A DNA stretch of 64,000 nucleotides from Firmicutes bacterium UBA5286 (GTDB lineage Bacteria > Bacillota > Proteinivoracia > UBA4975), in assembly GCA_002408465.1 (NCBI GenBank), contig DHSM01000013.1, positions 1,551-65,550 on the forward strand, in the 5' to 3' direction. The position numbers and the translations under genes were made by a program. Shown here one piece after another: positions 38,674 to 48,649 of the stretch (position 1 is its first letter; each line of letters opens with the position of its first letter). The notes under the pieces are model-generated. The model searched no databases. It was given only the letters and a program-made list of their open reading frames with translations, and was not told where the DNA came from.

Positions 38674-39426
38674 TTACTTTAATACCAGTTCTGCTTCTAC
38701 CTCTTTGCCATGGTAGCCAAAGCTTTCATAGAGACAGCGGGCAGGTTTGTTATATACATCACTGAGCCAGAGCATAGAACGGTTGGCGCCCCGCTGCCGT
38801 CCCCAAGCAAGCAGGGCAATAAGAAGCTTTTTCCCCAGGCCGCGGCCCCGGTATTCCGGCAGCACAGCTATACTGCGCACAAATAATTGATCCAGATTGG
38901 GACCATATATGTCCCCCACAACTAACCCGGCGGGTTTATCATCGGCGTTAATACTGAGTACAGCCCCAGCCTTGGAATTGGCCTTGCTGCGCAACTCCTC
39001 TGCAGTTTGTTGATAAAGGGGAAAAATCGCTGCATCTATGGCAGCTAGGGCGGCAAAGTTTTGCTTTGGGCCGAGTAAAACTTCCCCAGGGTAATCCAAG
39101 TCCGGAATTGGGTTTAGGCGCATGTCCAGGTGCATGTCAAGCACAGCGAAGCCCGCTCGGCTAAAATAGGCTGTAATCTCCTTGACTTTGTTCTCCTGTC
39201 CGGGAATTTTTGTATATAGTGGCCTGGAAAGGCTGTCCAGGCAATTATCCAATTTTCCCAACAGGGTTTCCAGTGAATTTGCGGCCCACACCAGCAATGA
39301 TGCTCCTGGTTCAATTTCTTCGGCCTCTAATATGCCCAGGCGGATTTCAGCGGTATCCAATAGCAAATCTGCAGCCTGCTCCTCAGGCCAGTAAGATTGA
39401 AATTGTAAACTATTTTCTTTGTTCAT
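38674..39426 (-). CDS. GNAT acetyltransferase
   Basis: IAVLPEYRGRGLGKKL motif A; N..A..LYESFG. Confidence 0.85.
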   Translation of the reverse strand: MNKENSLQFQSYWPEEQAADLLLDTAEIRLGILEAEEIEPGASLLVWAANSLETLLGKLDNCLDSLSRPLYTKIPGQENKVKEITAYFSRAGFAVLDMHLDMRLNPIPDLDYPGEVLLGPKQNFAALAAIDAAIFPLYQQTAEELRSKANSKAGAVLSINADDKPAGLVVGDIYGPNLDQLFVRSIAVLPEYRGRGLGKKLLIALLAWGRQRGANRSMLWLSDVYNKPARCLYESFGYHGKEVEAELVLK

Positions 39427-39545
39427 TCTCTCACCTCCATATGATTATAATTAAATTTAATAATAAGACAAGAGTTTGGAAACGAAACTAAATTTTTCTG
39501 CTTGACTTTTGTCGCTGAGAACTATAAAATATTGAATGTCACTAT

Positions 39546-39620
39546 GGGTCCTTAACTCAGCGGGAGAGTGCTACCTTGACAGGGTAGAAGTCGCGCGTTC
39601 AAACCGCGCAGGACCCACCA
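39546..39620 (+). tRNA. tRNA-Val(GAC)
   Basis: Cloverleaf, anticodon GAC, CCA; terminator aaagccc-tt-ggggctttt follows. Confidence 0.93.
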
Positions 39621-39783
39621 TTCAATAATAAAGCCCTTGGGGCTTTTTTTGTTGGTATTGTTAGCGGAAATAAAACAACTGCATGACGGCAGGTTGTGCA
39701 GCATTTGTCCATAGAACTAGTGCCAACAAGACTTCATATCATATAAGGCAGAGGATGCGTATTTAATCGAAAGGAGGCCCGTT

Positions 39784-40587
39784 ATGTCACTTCCGAATAT
39801 ACCCGACATAGATCCTTCAATTAATCTTAAGCTAGAGGATTCGGTAAAGCTGCTACTTGTATCGGTGGCGTTTGAAGAACTGGGCCTGGCACATCTTATC
39901 AACGCCGAAGCCGAAAAAATACAGTATGTGCTCGAAACGTTCAAAGATCAGGAACCAACTTTAGATGACCTTTATGAAATTGACCGTTCTGTTAATCAAA
40001 CCTTAAGGAATGTAATTAGTAAACAGCTGCTTTTGCAGTTTAAACTTGAAAATACGCTTAATATTTCGACATCAACAACCACCTCAACAACTAGTACAAC
40101 AACTACTAGCTCAACTACTACCACTACGACCACTACCACTACAACTACTACAACCACGACAACTACCAGCACTACAACAACCACCACAACCACAACAGGG
40201 CAACCCACTGATCTTGGTTCGGCCTGGTCTGTCGGAACCCATTTTGGTCAAGGAAATGCTCAGTATACAACCTTAGGCAGCGATGAAACTGAAAAAACAG
40301 TGGTTCTCGGACTTGGGGCAACTAATATCCCTGTTGGGACCGTTCACTTGCTCCGCTCAGGAACCGATTTGCTGGTAACCATTTCAACCGTGTCCCCATA
40401 TTTGATGAATCAAAATCATCTGTATGTGGATGATGTGCCGCCAACGAACAGTGCGCCCGGGTCCTTCCCCTATCAGTATGACCCTGGCAGTTATTTTACA
40501 ACGCATACATTTACTGTGGATGTAAGCGCCTATGTTGGCGAGACGCTTTATGTTGCTGCGCACGCGCATATTCTTCAGCAAGCATAA
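39784..40587 (+). CDS. Thr/Ser-tract protein, putative spore-surface glycoprotein
   Basis: RBS aaggagg; N-domain SVAFEELGLAHLINAEAEKIQ; 44 consecutive S/T residues; beta-rich C-domain ending YVAAHAH. Confidence 0.8.
   Translation: MSLPNIPDIDPSINLKLEDSVKLLLVSVAFEELGLAHLINAEAEKIQYVLETFKDQEPTLDDLYEIDRSVNQTLRNVISKQLLLQFKLENTLNISTSTTTSTTSTTTTSSTTTTTTTTTTTTTTTTTTSTTTTTTTTTGQPTDLGSAWSVGTHFGQGNAQYTTLGSDETEKTVVLGLGATNIPVGTVHLLRSGTDLLVTISTVSPYLMNQNHLYVDDVPPTNSAPGSFPYQYDPGSYFTTHTFTVDVSAYVGETLYVAAHAHILQQA
40066..40197 (+). repeat. Low-complexity ACN codon tract (poly-Thr/Ser)
   Basis: 132 nt of mixed ACA/ACC/ACT/ACG and Ser codons. Confidence 0.9.
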
Positions 40588-40606
40588 AGCGAATGCTAAT
40601 TATTAA

Positions 40607-40640
40607 AATCGATACCCCTTGCTGAAAGGGGTATCGATTT
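40607..40640. terminator. Bidirectional terminator
   Basis: aaatcgatacccctt-gctg-aaggggtatcgattt between convergent genes. Confidence 0.8.
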
Positions 40641-40642
40641 AT

Positions 40643-41926
40643 TTACATTTCTAATAGCGGCTGCAATTGGTTGTACCACACCCACTGCGGACTAAACTTC
40701 TGTCTTGCCATCGTTTTGCTAAAAAGGACTGGATTATCTCGCAGCCGATTGGCAATCAGCGCAGCATGTTCTTCCAGATAAGACTGCTCAGAGGGCCAGT
40801 AAGTTTCTTTTGTATCGAAGCCGAAATTGCGGGCGTCCCACCGCATGAAATATGCCTTGAGCTTTTTCCCAATTTCCTCAAGGGCGGGAACCATTTCGTT
40901 AAGGACCAGAAAATTGCCTCTGCTTGCAGCTTCGAGGACAGTTAAACCGAAGGATTCCGAATAAGACGGGCAGATAAACAGGTTGGAAAGAGTAAACAAT
41001 TCAAAGACACCGCTTCTCGGGAAGCCCTGGGGATAACCCAAATCGCTTGTAAAGGCCATATCCGAGTCATCCAGCCCATAAAAACATCCGATTTTCCGTA
41101 TGGCATTCTTATATTTTTCCGGCTCGATATCCATGCAGGGAAAGTCGCAAAAAACAACTCTTACATTCAGTTCCGTTATCTTTTTGATAGCGCCGGCCAG
41201 GGCGGCGACTTTTTCAAACTTTTTCCCCGGTGTAAATCTGCCGGGATATATAATCAGGATATCCGGGCTGAGAAGATCTGCTTCTTTTTGAACTGCCTTG
41301 ATGCCGGCACTCAGCATAGAGATCATGTCCAGGCAATTGTAAACAACCCTGCATCTTCCTTCAGGAACGTCATATTGCTTTGCAAGGGCCTGTATCCCGG
41401 ACTGCGTCGGATAGACATAGATTGTATTCGGCATGAGCGTATACCGGCAAGAGAAAGGGTATTTGGGTTTCGGCGGTCTGCTGACCGGCGCCGAATGGGT
41501 TATGGCAATAAACTTAAGATTGGGGAGTTGTGCCTGCGCTTTTCGGATAGCCACGTTATGAACTAAGTGCCATCCCTGATAATGAATATCGTGCATGATG
41601 CAGACGTCTGCGTCTGCTAAATTGCTTGCGAAATCTTGGGCAATCGCATCTGCCTCAGCGAAAAAAGTGTCGTGCAGCTCACCCTCCGGCTGCGAATAGT
41701 CGTGCCAATGGATTTGCTCACTCCCAAGCATGTTTGTGATTTTCACCCATTCGAGACGTTCGTCTGCATATATGCCCTCCCTTTCGTTGTCGGGACAGTT
41801 CTCACTGACGAGCACCTTCGTTTCTATACCAGCGTCCAGCAGCATTTCGAGGTGTTCGGCAACAACGTTAACAAGGGAATATGTATTGCTGAGGCCGTTA
41901 AACATGGTAAGAATAGCGACTTTCAA
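40643..41926 (-). CDS. Glycosyltransferase, GT4 (GT-B fold)
   Basis: YPGRFTPGKK, FICPSYSESFGLTVLEAA (ExFG..xxEA motif). Confidence 0.88.
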   Translation of the reverse strand: MKVAILTMFNGLSNTYSLVNVVAEHLEMLLDAGIETKVLVSENCPDNEREGIYADERLEWVKITNMLGSEQIHWHDYSQPEGELHDTFFAEADAIAQDFASNLADADVCIMHDIHYQGWHLVHNVAIRKAQAQLPNLKFIAITHSAPVSRPPKPKYPFSCRYTLMPNTIYVYPTQSGIQALAKQYDVPEGRCRVVYNCLDMISMLSAGIKAVQKEADLLSPDILIIYPGRFTPGKKFEKVAALAGAIKKITELNVRVVFCDFPCMDIEPEKYKNAIRKIGCFYGLDDSDMAFTSDLGYPQGFPRSGVFELFTLSNLFICPSYSESFGLTVLEAASRGNFLVLNEMVPALEEIGKKLKAYFMRWDARNFGFDTKETYWPSEQSYLEEHAALIANRLRDNPVLFSKTMARQKFSPQWVWYNQLQPLLEM

Positions 41927-42047
41927 ATCTTACCGCCCCCTTCGTATCATCTTATGCTTTAGCGGTAAAAAGAAATGTTATCATGGTCATGCTCTGCGGT
42001 TTTTGGTAAGATATTTACAAGTAATAATAAAAAATGAGGTCTGTGCA

Positions 42048-42143
42048 ATGATACATGTACCGATTGCGGTTATCGCGCTTATTTTGGCCCTGACGATTTG
42101 TATTTTTGTTAACCCTGGGCCTGAGGGGAACAAAGGGATATGA
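42048..42143 (+). CDS. 31-aa single-TM peptide coupled (ATGA) to GDPD
   Basis: RBS gaggt; MIHVPIAVIALILALTICIFVNPG; may be a split-off GDPD membrane anchor. Confidence 0.4.
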   Translation: MIHVPIAVIALILALTICIFVNPGPEGNKGI

Positions 42144-42871
42144 CTGCCTGGCTCAAGCGGCTGCCCATTGCCCACAGAGGTTTGCATAACTCCCAGGCGC
42201 CTGAGAATTCCCTGGCCGCCTTTCAAAGAGCTGTTGAGGCCGGTTACGGCATTGAACTTGATGTGCAATTGTCTGCTGACGGTCATGTGGTTGTTTTTCA
42301 CGACTATAATTTAAAACGAATGACTGGCCTGGACAGGGAGGTTAAGGACCTTGACTGGCCCCATCTGAAGGAGTTGCAGTTGGCGGGGACAGATCAGGGC
42401 ATTCCCCTATTCAAGGATGTCCTGGCTTTGGTCCGGGGAAGAACACCTCTGCTGATTGAAATAAAAAATGATGGAAAGACGGGGCGGCTCGAGAAGACAG
42501 TGATTGAGGAGTTAAGAGGCTATGCCGGCGAATTTGCCATTCAATCCTTTAACCCCTTCGTCCTGCTCTATTTCCGGAAACATGCCCCGGGCATTGTCCG
42601 GGGGCAGTTGTCAGGGCCTTTCAAAGGGCAAAATTTGTCGCTTATTAAGGTACTTGTTTTAAAATATCTCCTCTTAAATTTCTTAAGCCGCCCGGCTTTT
42701 GTCTCCTATGCCACCGGCGCGCTTCCCCAATGGTTTGCCCGCCGTCTGCGCCGGAAAGGCTTATACTTATTGGCTTGGGTGGTTAGTGATGTCAATGAAT
42801 ATGCCCAGGCTGTAAAAATCTTCGATAATGTAATTTTTGAAGATTTTTCCGTGCCGAAATTTCCTGGATAG
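42140..42871 (+). CDS. Glycerophosphodiester phosphodiesterase family protein
   Basis: IAHRGLH..PENSLAAF, IELDVQ, FHD, LIEIK, QSFNP. Confidence 0.9.
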   Translation: MTAWLKRLPIAHRGLHNSQAPENSLAAFQRAVEAGYGIELDVQLSADGHVVVFHDYNLKRMTGLDREVKDLDWPHLKELQLAGTDQGIPLFKDVLALVRGRTPLLIEIKNDGKTGRLEKTVIEELRGYAGEFAIQSFNPFVLLYFRKHAPGIVRGQLSGPFKGQNLSLIKVLVLKYLLLNFLSRPAFVSYATGALPQWFARRLRRKGLYLLAWVVSDVNEYAQAVKIFDNVIFEDFSVPKFPG

Positions 42872-42981
42872 GTGAAAAATAAATATTCGGTTCATGTTAA
42901 AAACTGCCTTGTCTTAGTTCAATTAAGACATCCCCCTTTGCATATACTAATTATGACCTGAAATGTTAGGGGGGAAATGTC

Positions 42982-43809
42982 GTGGAGGCAATTTGTATTG
43001 AAACTGAAAATACCAACCCCGAAAGATTGCGCAGATGCCTGTTGAAGCAAGTTGAGTCCTGGCAGAGCAGCGGCCTGCTTCAGGAGTTTAGCGAGACCTG
43101 CAAGGGCACTGTTACCATATGGGATTGCAAGGTTGTAAATGACGGCCAGGCCAACAATTTACGTCTGCTGGCAGCCCAGGTCCTGGCAGAATATATCATC
43201 AGTGAAATTGAGCCTGGGCTTCTTGACAAGCTAGCGGCCCTTCACCATCCTCACTTGGGTGAAAGGGAGCGGGAGCAGATTGCCAGCAATGTGCGCCAGC
43301 GCTTGCTGCGGGAGGAAATGCTGACAGGGGAAAGCCGGCGCCGCATAATCCTGCGCAATCTTGAAGATTTTTTGCAGGGGCAGGATCAGATTAATATTGA
43401 AGGCTTTATCCGCTTTCGCCTCCAGGATTATCAGCGGGAGCTGCTGAACTTGATTAATCAGAGCGCCGATGATCTGATGATTGAAAAGGAATATCAGGAT
43501 TTTATCAACCTGTTAAAATACTTTGTGGAAATCCAGCAGCCCCGGTTTCCCGAGATGCATCTCATGTGTCTGGAGGAGGGCCTGGTACTGTGCGACAACA
43601 GATTCAAAGTCTTGCACCGGGAAAAAGAACAGGATATTGAGGGGGCTGATGCCATTGTCAGCACCCTGGTGACGGCGGCGCCAAGCTTTGTTACTATTCA
43701 TGTCACAAATTTTGCTGGGGATAACGAACTGATGTCTACTATTCAGCATATCTTTGACTCCAGAGTTAAGTTGTGTTTTGGCTGTGAACATTGCCGCCGG
43801 GAAAAATAA
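42982..43809 (+). CDS. ytxC: Sporulation protein YtxC
   Basis: INIEGFIRFRL, EKEYQDFINLLKYFVEIQ, C-terminal CxxCxxC; upstream of thrS. Confidence 0.9.
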   Translation: MEAICIETENTNPERLRRCLLKQVESWQSSGLLQEFSETCKGTVTIWDCKVVNDGQANNLRLLAAQVLAEYIISEIEPGLLDKLAALHHPHLGEREREQIASNVRQRLLREEMLTGESRRRIILRNLEDFLQGQDQINIEGFIRFRLQDYQRELLNLINQSADDLMIEKEYQDFINLLKYFVEIQQPRFPEMHLMCLEEGLVLCDNRFKVLHREKEQDIEGADAIVSTLVTAAPSFVTIHVTNFAGDNELMSTIQHIFDSRVKLCFGCEHCRREK

Positions 43810-43856
43810 ATTGCGAAAAGACATGCGCCGGTGTATCATCTGGATGAAGAGGTGAT

Positions 43857-44459
43857 GTGCCGGTGTATTATTTTATTTTGTTTCCATTATTGGGCGGCGC
43901 CATCGGCTGGGTCACCAATTACCTGGCAATCAAGTTCTTGTTCCGGCCCCGCAAGCCCTGGCGAATAGGACCCTTGGTTATCCAGGGAGTCATTCCCCGC
44001 CGGCGCAAAGATTTAGCTGCGGCGGTGGGGCAAGTAGTGGCCACCGAATTGCTGCCCCAGGATCAGATTGCCGCGGCCATCAGCGCTCCGGAAATTCGCA
44101 GGAATATGGCGGAAATGGCCGGGGAGACTGTTGCCCAGCGGGTCGTGTCCTATCCTGTTCTCCGGCCCTTTCCCCGGGCCCTCCGGGAAATGATTGCCCA
44201 GCAGGTCGCCAAAACAGTGAACCGGGAAGTGAAAAGCATTCTGGCTGCGGAAGGTCCGGAAATGGTACACCGGGTGCTGTCCACCGTGGACCTGGCTAAA
44301 CTGGTGGAAAATGAACTGGATGCTATGGACTGGGACTATATGGAGGCAATTGTCTATTCTGTGGCGGGCAAAGAACTAAAACTCATTGAGATAATGGGCG
44401 GCGTCCTTGGGGCCTTGGTTGGCCTGATTCAAGCCGTCATTGTCTACTTTTTCGGCTAA
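43857..44459 (+). CDS. DUF445 (YheB-like) membrane protein
   Basis: IGWVTNYLAIKFLFRP, QGVIPRRR, KELKLIE..GGVLG. Confidence 0.88.
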   Translation: MPVYYFILFPLLGGAIGWVTNYLAIKFLFRPRKPWRIGPLVIQGVIPRRRKDLAAAVGQVVATELLPQDQIAAAISAPEIRRNMAEMAGETVAQRVVSYPVLRPFPRALREMIAQQVAKTVNREVKSILAAEGPEMVHRVLSTVDLAKLVENELDAMDWDYMEAIVYSVAGKELKLIEIMGGVLGALVGLIQAVIVYFFG

Positions 44460-44509
44460 TCGGATCCTAAAGTTGACTTCTTTTTTTCAATCGGTTATAA
44501 TTCCAACTA

Positions 44510-44737
44510 ACAGCTGAGACGGGGACAAGAGCTTTACTTATTTCGGTCAGAGAGGGAAACAAATGCTGCGAGTTTCCTCCGAAAGGGTCAAGTCTTACCG
44601 CCCCTGAGCTGCAGAAGCGAACTTCTGCCGGTCCCGGCGCCGTTACTGCTGCAATGAGGGGGAGAGCTATTTCTCCAACTTGGGTGGAACCGCGGATAAC
44701 ATCATCCGTCCCTTGGGACTGGATGATTTTATTTTTT
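44510..44737 (+). ncRNA. T-box riboswitch (Thr)
   Basis: Promoter TTGACT-17-TATAAT (44473-44501); specifier ACC (44597-44599); AACTTGGGTGGAACCGCG at 44677-44694; terminator 44701-44737. Confidence 0.92.
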
Positions 44738-44750
44738 AGGAGGAATTAAA

Positions 44751-46661
44751 ATGGCAGTGGTAATTCTTAAAGACGGCAGCAGGAGGGAATATCCTCAGCC
44801 GGTAACACCGCTGCAGGTTGCCGAGGATTTAAGCAAGCGCCTGGCCAAAGAGGCGGTTGTGGCCAAGGTCAATGGTGCTCTCTGGGATATCAACAGGGTT
44901 ATGCCGGCAGAGGCTGAACTGGAACTGCTGGACTTCGACAATCCTCAGGCTCGCGATGTCTACCGGCACAGCACCTCTCACCTTATGGCTCAGGCAGTCC
45001 AGGAGCTTTATCCTGATGTCAGATTGGCAATCGGCCCTGCAATTGAAGACGGTTTCTACTATGACTTTGACCTTAAGGAGCCTCTAACCCCCGAAGATAT
45101 GCAAAAAATTCAGGGGCGGATGGAGGAGCTGGTCAAAGAAGATCTGGAGATTCAGCGGCAGGTTTTGAGCCGGGAAGAAGCTTTAGATTTGTTCCGGAAA
45201 ATGGGCGAGGATTATAAGGTTGAACTGATTGAAGACTTGCCCGAGGATGCAGAGATAAGCTGTTACCGGCAAGGAGATTTTCTTGATCTATGTGCCGGCC
45301 CCCATGTTGGCAGCACAGGCAGAATCAGGGTCTTTAAGCTGTTGAGCGTGGCCGGTTCCTACTGGCGGGGTGATGAGAACCAGCCCATGCTGCAGCGGAT
45401 ATACGGCACATCCTTTGCCAAGAAGAGCCAGCTGGAAGAGCATTTGGCCCTGCTGGAGGAAGCCAAGAAGCGGGATCACCGCAAGTTGGGCCGGGAACTG
45501 GACCTATTCTCCGTCAGCGAGGATGGTCCCGGCATGCCCATTTACCATCCCAACGGCGTCATTGTTTGGAATGAACTTCTCAAGCTCTGGCGGGAGGAGC
45601 ATGCCCGGGATCGGTATATGGAAATCCGCACTCCCCAAATTCTCAACAAGCGCCTGTGGGAGCGCTCGGGGCACTGGGACAATTACGCCGAGAATATGTA
45701 TCTCACCGAAGTAGATGAAACCCCCTTTGCCCTCAAGCCCATGAACTGCCCTGGGGCGATGCTCTGGTATCTTACTGCTCACCGCAGTTACAGGGATCTG
45801 CCCTTGCGTACGGCAGAGCTTGGCTTGGTGCATCGCCATGAGCGTTCGGGAACTCTCCACGGCCTCATGCGGGTGCGGGCTTTTACCCAGGACGATGCCC
45901 ATATCTTCATGCTGCCCAGCCAGATCGAAGCAGAAGTGGCCGGGGTAATCGACCTGGTGGACAGGATATACAAGGTCTTCGGCCTGGAATACCGCTTGGA
46001 GCTTAGCACCAGGCCAGAGAAGTGCATGGGCACTGAAGAGCAGTGGGAGACGGCTACCAATGCCTTGATGCGGGTTTTGGAGAATAAGGGCATAGAGTAT
46101 AAAATCAATCCCGGTGACGGGGCTTTCTACGGACCAAAGATTGACTTTCACATTCTTGACTGCCTCAAGCGGAGCTGGCAGTGCGCCACCATTCAGCTGG
46201 ACTTTCAGCTGCCCGAGCGCTTTGAACTCACCTATACCGGTGAAGATGGCCAGGAACACAGGCCTGTAACGGTGCACAGGGTGATTTACGGCGCAGTGGA
46301 CCGTTTCTTTGGCATTTTGATTGAGCACTTTGCCGGCGCCTTTCCCGTTTGGCTGGCTCCAGTCCAGGTCAAGATCCTGCCCATTGCCGACCGTCACCAC
46401 GAGTATTGCAAGACAGTGGCCGCCAGACTGGAGGAGGCCGGAATCCGCGTGACCGCAGATTTGCGCAATGAAAAAATCGGCTATAAAATTCGCCAGGCTC
46501 AAGGAGAGAAGGTTCCCTATATGTTGGTTGTGGGGGACAAGGAAGTGGAGGCCGGCAAGGCTGCTCTTCGCACTAGGTCCCAGGGGGATGTGGGCCAGGT
46601 GGACATCGCCCAATTCCAAGAGCAAGTACTTAGAGAAATTAAAACCCGGCAACTGAATTGA
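44751..46661 (+). CDS. thrS: Threonine--tRNA ligase
   Basis: TGS domain, HSTSH, DLCAGPH, KPMNCP, GAFYGPKID, HRVIYG. Confidence 0.98.
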   Translation: MAVVILKDGSRREYPQPVTPLQVAEDLSKRLAKEAVVAKVNGALWDINRVMPAEAELELLDFDNPQARDVYRHSTSHLMAQAVQELYPDVRLAIGPAIEDGFYYDFDLKEPLTPEDMQKIQGRMEELVKEDLEIQRQVLSREEALDLFRKMGEDYKVELIEDLPEDAEISCYRQGDFLDLCAGPHVGSTGRIRVFKLLSVAGSYWRGDENQPMLQRIYGTSFAKKSQLEEHLALLEEAKKRDHRKLGRELDLFSVSEDGPGMPIYHPNGVIVWNELLKLWREEHARDRYMEIRTPQILNKRLWERSGHWDNYAENMYLTEVDETPFALKPMNCPGAMLWYLTAHRSYRDLPLRTAELGLVHRHERSGTLHGLMRVRAFTQDDAHIFMLPSQIEAEVAGVIDLVDRIYKVFGLEYRLELSTRPEKCMGTEEQWETATNALMRVLENKGIEYKINPGDGAFYGPKIDFHILDCLKRSWQCATIQLDFQLPERFELTYTGEDGQEHRPVTVHRVIYGAVDRFFGILIEHFAGAFPVWLAPVQVKILPIADRHHEYCKTVAARLEEAGIRVTADLRNEKIGYKIRQAQGEKVPYMLVVGDKEVEAGKAALRTRSQGDVGQVDIAQFQEQVLREIKTRQLN

Positions 46662-46714
46662 GAGATTAAAAAAACACCTGGTCCAGATTATTGGTCCAGG
46701 TGTTGTTCTGTATA

Positions 46715-47395
46715 TTACAGTCCAAGCTTCTTTTTCATGGCTGCCAATTCATCTTCCACTGAGGCGTTGACATCAGCAGTCTTGTATTTTTCCTCCAGGG
46801 CCTGTGCTTCGTCTACCGGCTGGGAATCCAGCTCGGCCATGGCGTTGGCCTCATCCAGCATCTTGTCGGCCTTGGCCTCCATGCGCTGGAAGGCGCCCAT
46901 ACTGCCTTCGATCTTGTCGGCAGACGCCCCCAGCTTGGTGATCTTTTCCTGGGTCTTGGCTACGGCGACTTTGGCCTTGATGGCCTGACGGCGGCTGTTT
47001 AGGGTGTTGATATCCTTGACCAGCTTGTCGTGAAGTTGGCGCATCTTGACGGCGTTTTCATGGGCCGTGGCATAAGCTGTGCCCAGACTAGCGCCCAGGT
47101 TTTCCAGTTCCTGTTTCTTAGTTAAGAATACCCGGGCATCGTCCTCATTACCCGCCAGCAAGGCCTTTTTGGCCAGGTCTTCATACTTGGCAACTTCCTT
47201 GTTATTTTCATCCATCAGTCTCTTTGTGCGGCTTTCCTCCGCCATCACTCCGGCAGTTTCCCGCTTGACCTCAGCCAGATCATCGGTCATCTTGCGCAGG
47301 TACTGGTCCACCATTTTTGCCGGGTCTTCTGCCTTGTCCAAGAGAGCATTGATGTTGGCAGAAATGATGTCGGTAAATCTAGATAGAATTCCCAT
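46715..47395 (-). CDS. PspA/IM30-family protein
   Basis: MGILSRFTDIISANINALLDKAEDP; coiled coil; VEDELAAMKKKLG. Confidence 0.92.
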   Translation of the reverse strand: MGILSRFTDIISANINALLDKAEDPAKMVDQYLRKMTDDLAEVKRETAGVMAEESRTKRLMDENNKEVAKYEDLAKKALLAGNEDDARVFLTKKQELENLGASLGTAYATAHENAVKMRQLHDKLVKDINTLNSRRQAIKAKVAVAKTQEKITKLGASADKIEGSMGAFQRMEAKADKMLDEANAMAELDSQPVDEAQALEEKYKTADVNASVEDELAAMKKKLGL

Positions 47396-47428
47396 GTTTT
47401 CCAACCTCCTATTGATAATCTATTTGGA

Positions 47429-48475
47429 TCAATCTGGGTCGTCTTCGTATTGCTTGGCTAAAACATCTGCTTGGCTGTCACCAAAGATGTCTAGGGGGGT
47501 GCTTAGAATCCGCTCAGTTGCTTCCGCCTCCCGGTTTTTTTGCTCCTTGGCTCTGCGCCACCAGGTAAAGCCAATCAGGATAATAAATCCAATCCCAATT
47601 ATTATCAGTATGGGTATCCAGGGGGATTTTGACACAGCCATAATCCGCTTCCCGGCATCGTTAAAGGATCTGCTAAAGAACTCCTCATCGGAAAGGTCAT
47701 AATAGTAGTATCGGTCGATATAATCTAGGAGGATATCCGCCGCTTCATCATCGATTACCGTCTTGGCCTGCTTGCCCGCTACGTACCAGGTACTATAATT
47801 ACTGGGTTGTGGTTCAACGAAAATTAGGAGCAAGTGAGCCTCATCGGTGAATAAATCATCATACAGGGAAAAGGCGAAATCCCTTACCTCAGTCTCGCTG
47901 GGGTTTGTCACCCCATTGATGTTGTCGGTTATATACAGGTAGGGCTGCACCCCAGTCTCCCGGTAAAAGTTTTTCATCCCCGCGGTTAGGGTTGTCTTAT
48001 TTTGAATCCAGTCCAGCTTATCGGTATAGTAACCTGTCTCTACTACACTCCCCTTGGGCAGAGGTTCTCGTTCTATCGTCGATTCGGTAATCGAGCCAGA
48101 TTCTCGGCCGCTGCCCTGGAAGGAGATAAAGGAAAATGCTATGATTATAAAAACGATGAGGAGAACAATCATTGGCGCCGTTATGCAGCCGCACCCGCCT
48201 CCGCCGAGGCCGGGACCAGGATAGGAGCGCCGGAAGGGACCCATTAGGGGCCGCGGATTCCGGGGGGAGCGAAATATGCACCCTGAGCTGCTACGGTGGG
48301 AACTGCCGCCAAATAAGCCTGTTGAACTGCTGCCGCTTCTGCCTGAGCTGCCAAAACTGCCGCCACGGCTGAATCCTCCGCCACCGCTTCTGCCGCCAAA
48401 TCCGCGGCTGCCGCCGCCGCCAAAACTTCTGCCGCCGCCGCTGCCGCCACCACCACCACCACCTCTCCGTCCCAT
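47429..48475 (-). CDS. Membrane protein with Gly/Arg-rich N-terminus and TPM-like extracytoplasmic domain
   Basis: RGG/SGG-rich N-terminus, two TM segments, FYRETGVQPYLY..DDEAADILLDY core; co-oriented with pspA. Confidence 0.7.
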   Translation of the reverse strand: MGRRGGGGGGGSGGGRSFGGGGSRGFGGRSGGGGFSRGGSFGSSGRSGSSSTGLFGGSSHRSSSGCIFRSPRNPRPLMGPFRRSYPGPGLGGGGCGCITAPMIVLLIVFIIIAFSFISFQGSGRESGSITESTIEREPLPKGSVVETGYYTDKLDWIQNKTTLTAGMKNFYRETGVQPYLYITDNINGVTNPSETEVRDFAFSLYDDLFTDEAHLLLIFVEPQPSNYSTWYVAGKQAKTVIDDEAADILLDYIDRYYYYDLSDEEFFSRSFNDAGKRIMAVSKSPWIPILIIIGIGFIILIGFTWWRRAKEQKNREAEATERILSTPLDIFGDSQADVLAKQYEDDPD

Positions 48476-48649
48476 TGCGCTTAAACTCCTTCCTCAGTAT
48501 ACTTCGCTAAAAAATTAACATTCTATTTATACTATACCACGTGGATTTCTATGAAAACAATCGTTTTTCAAGGGTGCAATCGCTAAACAATTTTTCTTCC
48601 AGGTATAATTGACTTTTTCGCAGTTAGAGTGTAATATGTATACTGCTGA

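Noticed and set aside
40066-40197. Possible CRISPR or microsatellite; antisense poly-Val ORF
   Set aside because: Codon-level Thr/Ser tract with no repeat-spacer structure; no cas genes or arrays anywhere in the window.
45504-46652. Long antisense ORFs (also 14363-15406 and 20082-21152)
   Set aside because: Shadows of thrS, the NERD helicase and polA caused by codon bias; no motifs or RBS.
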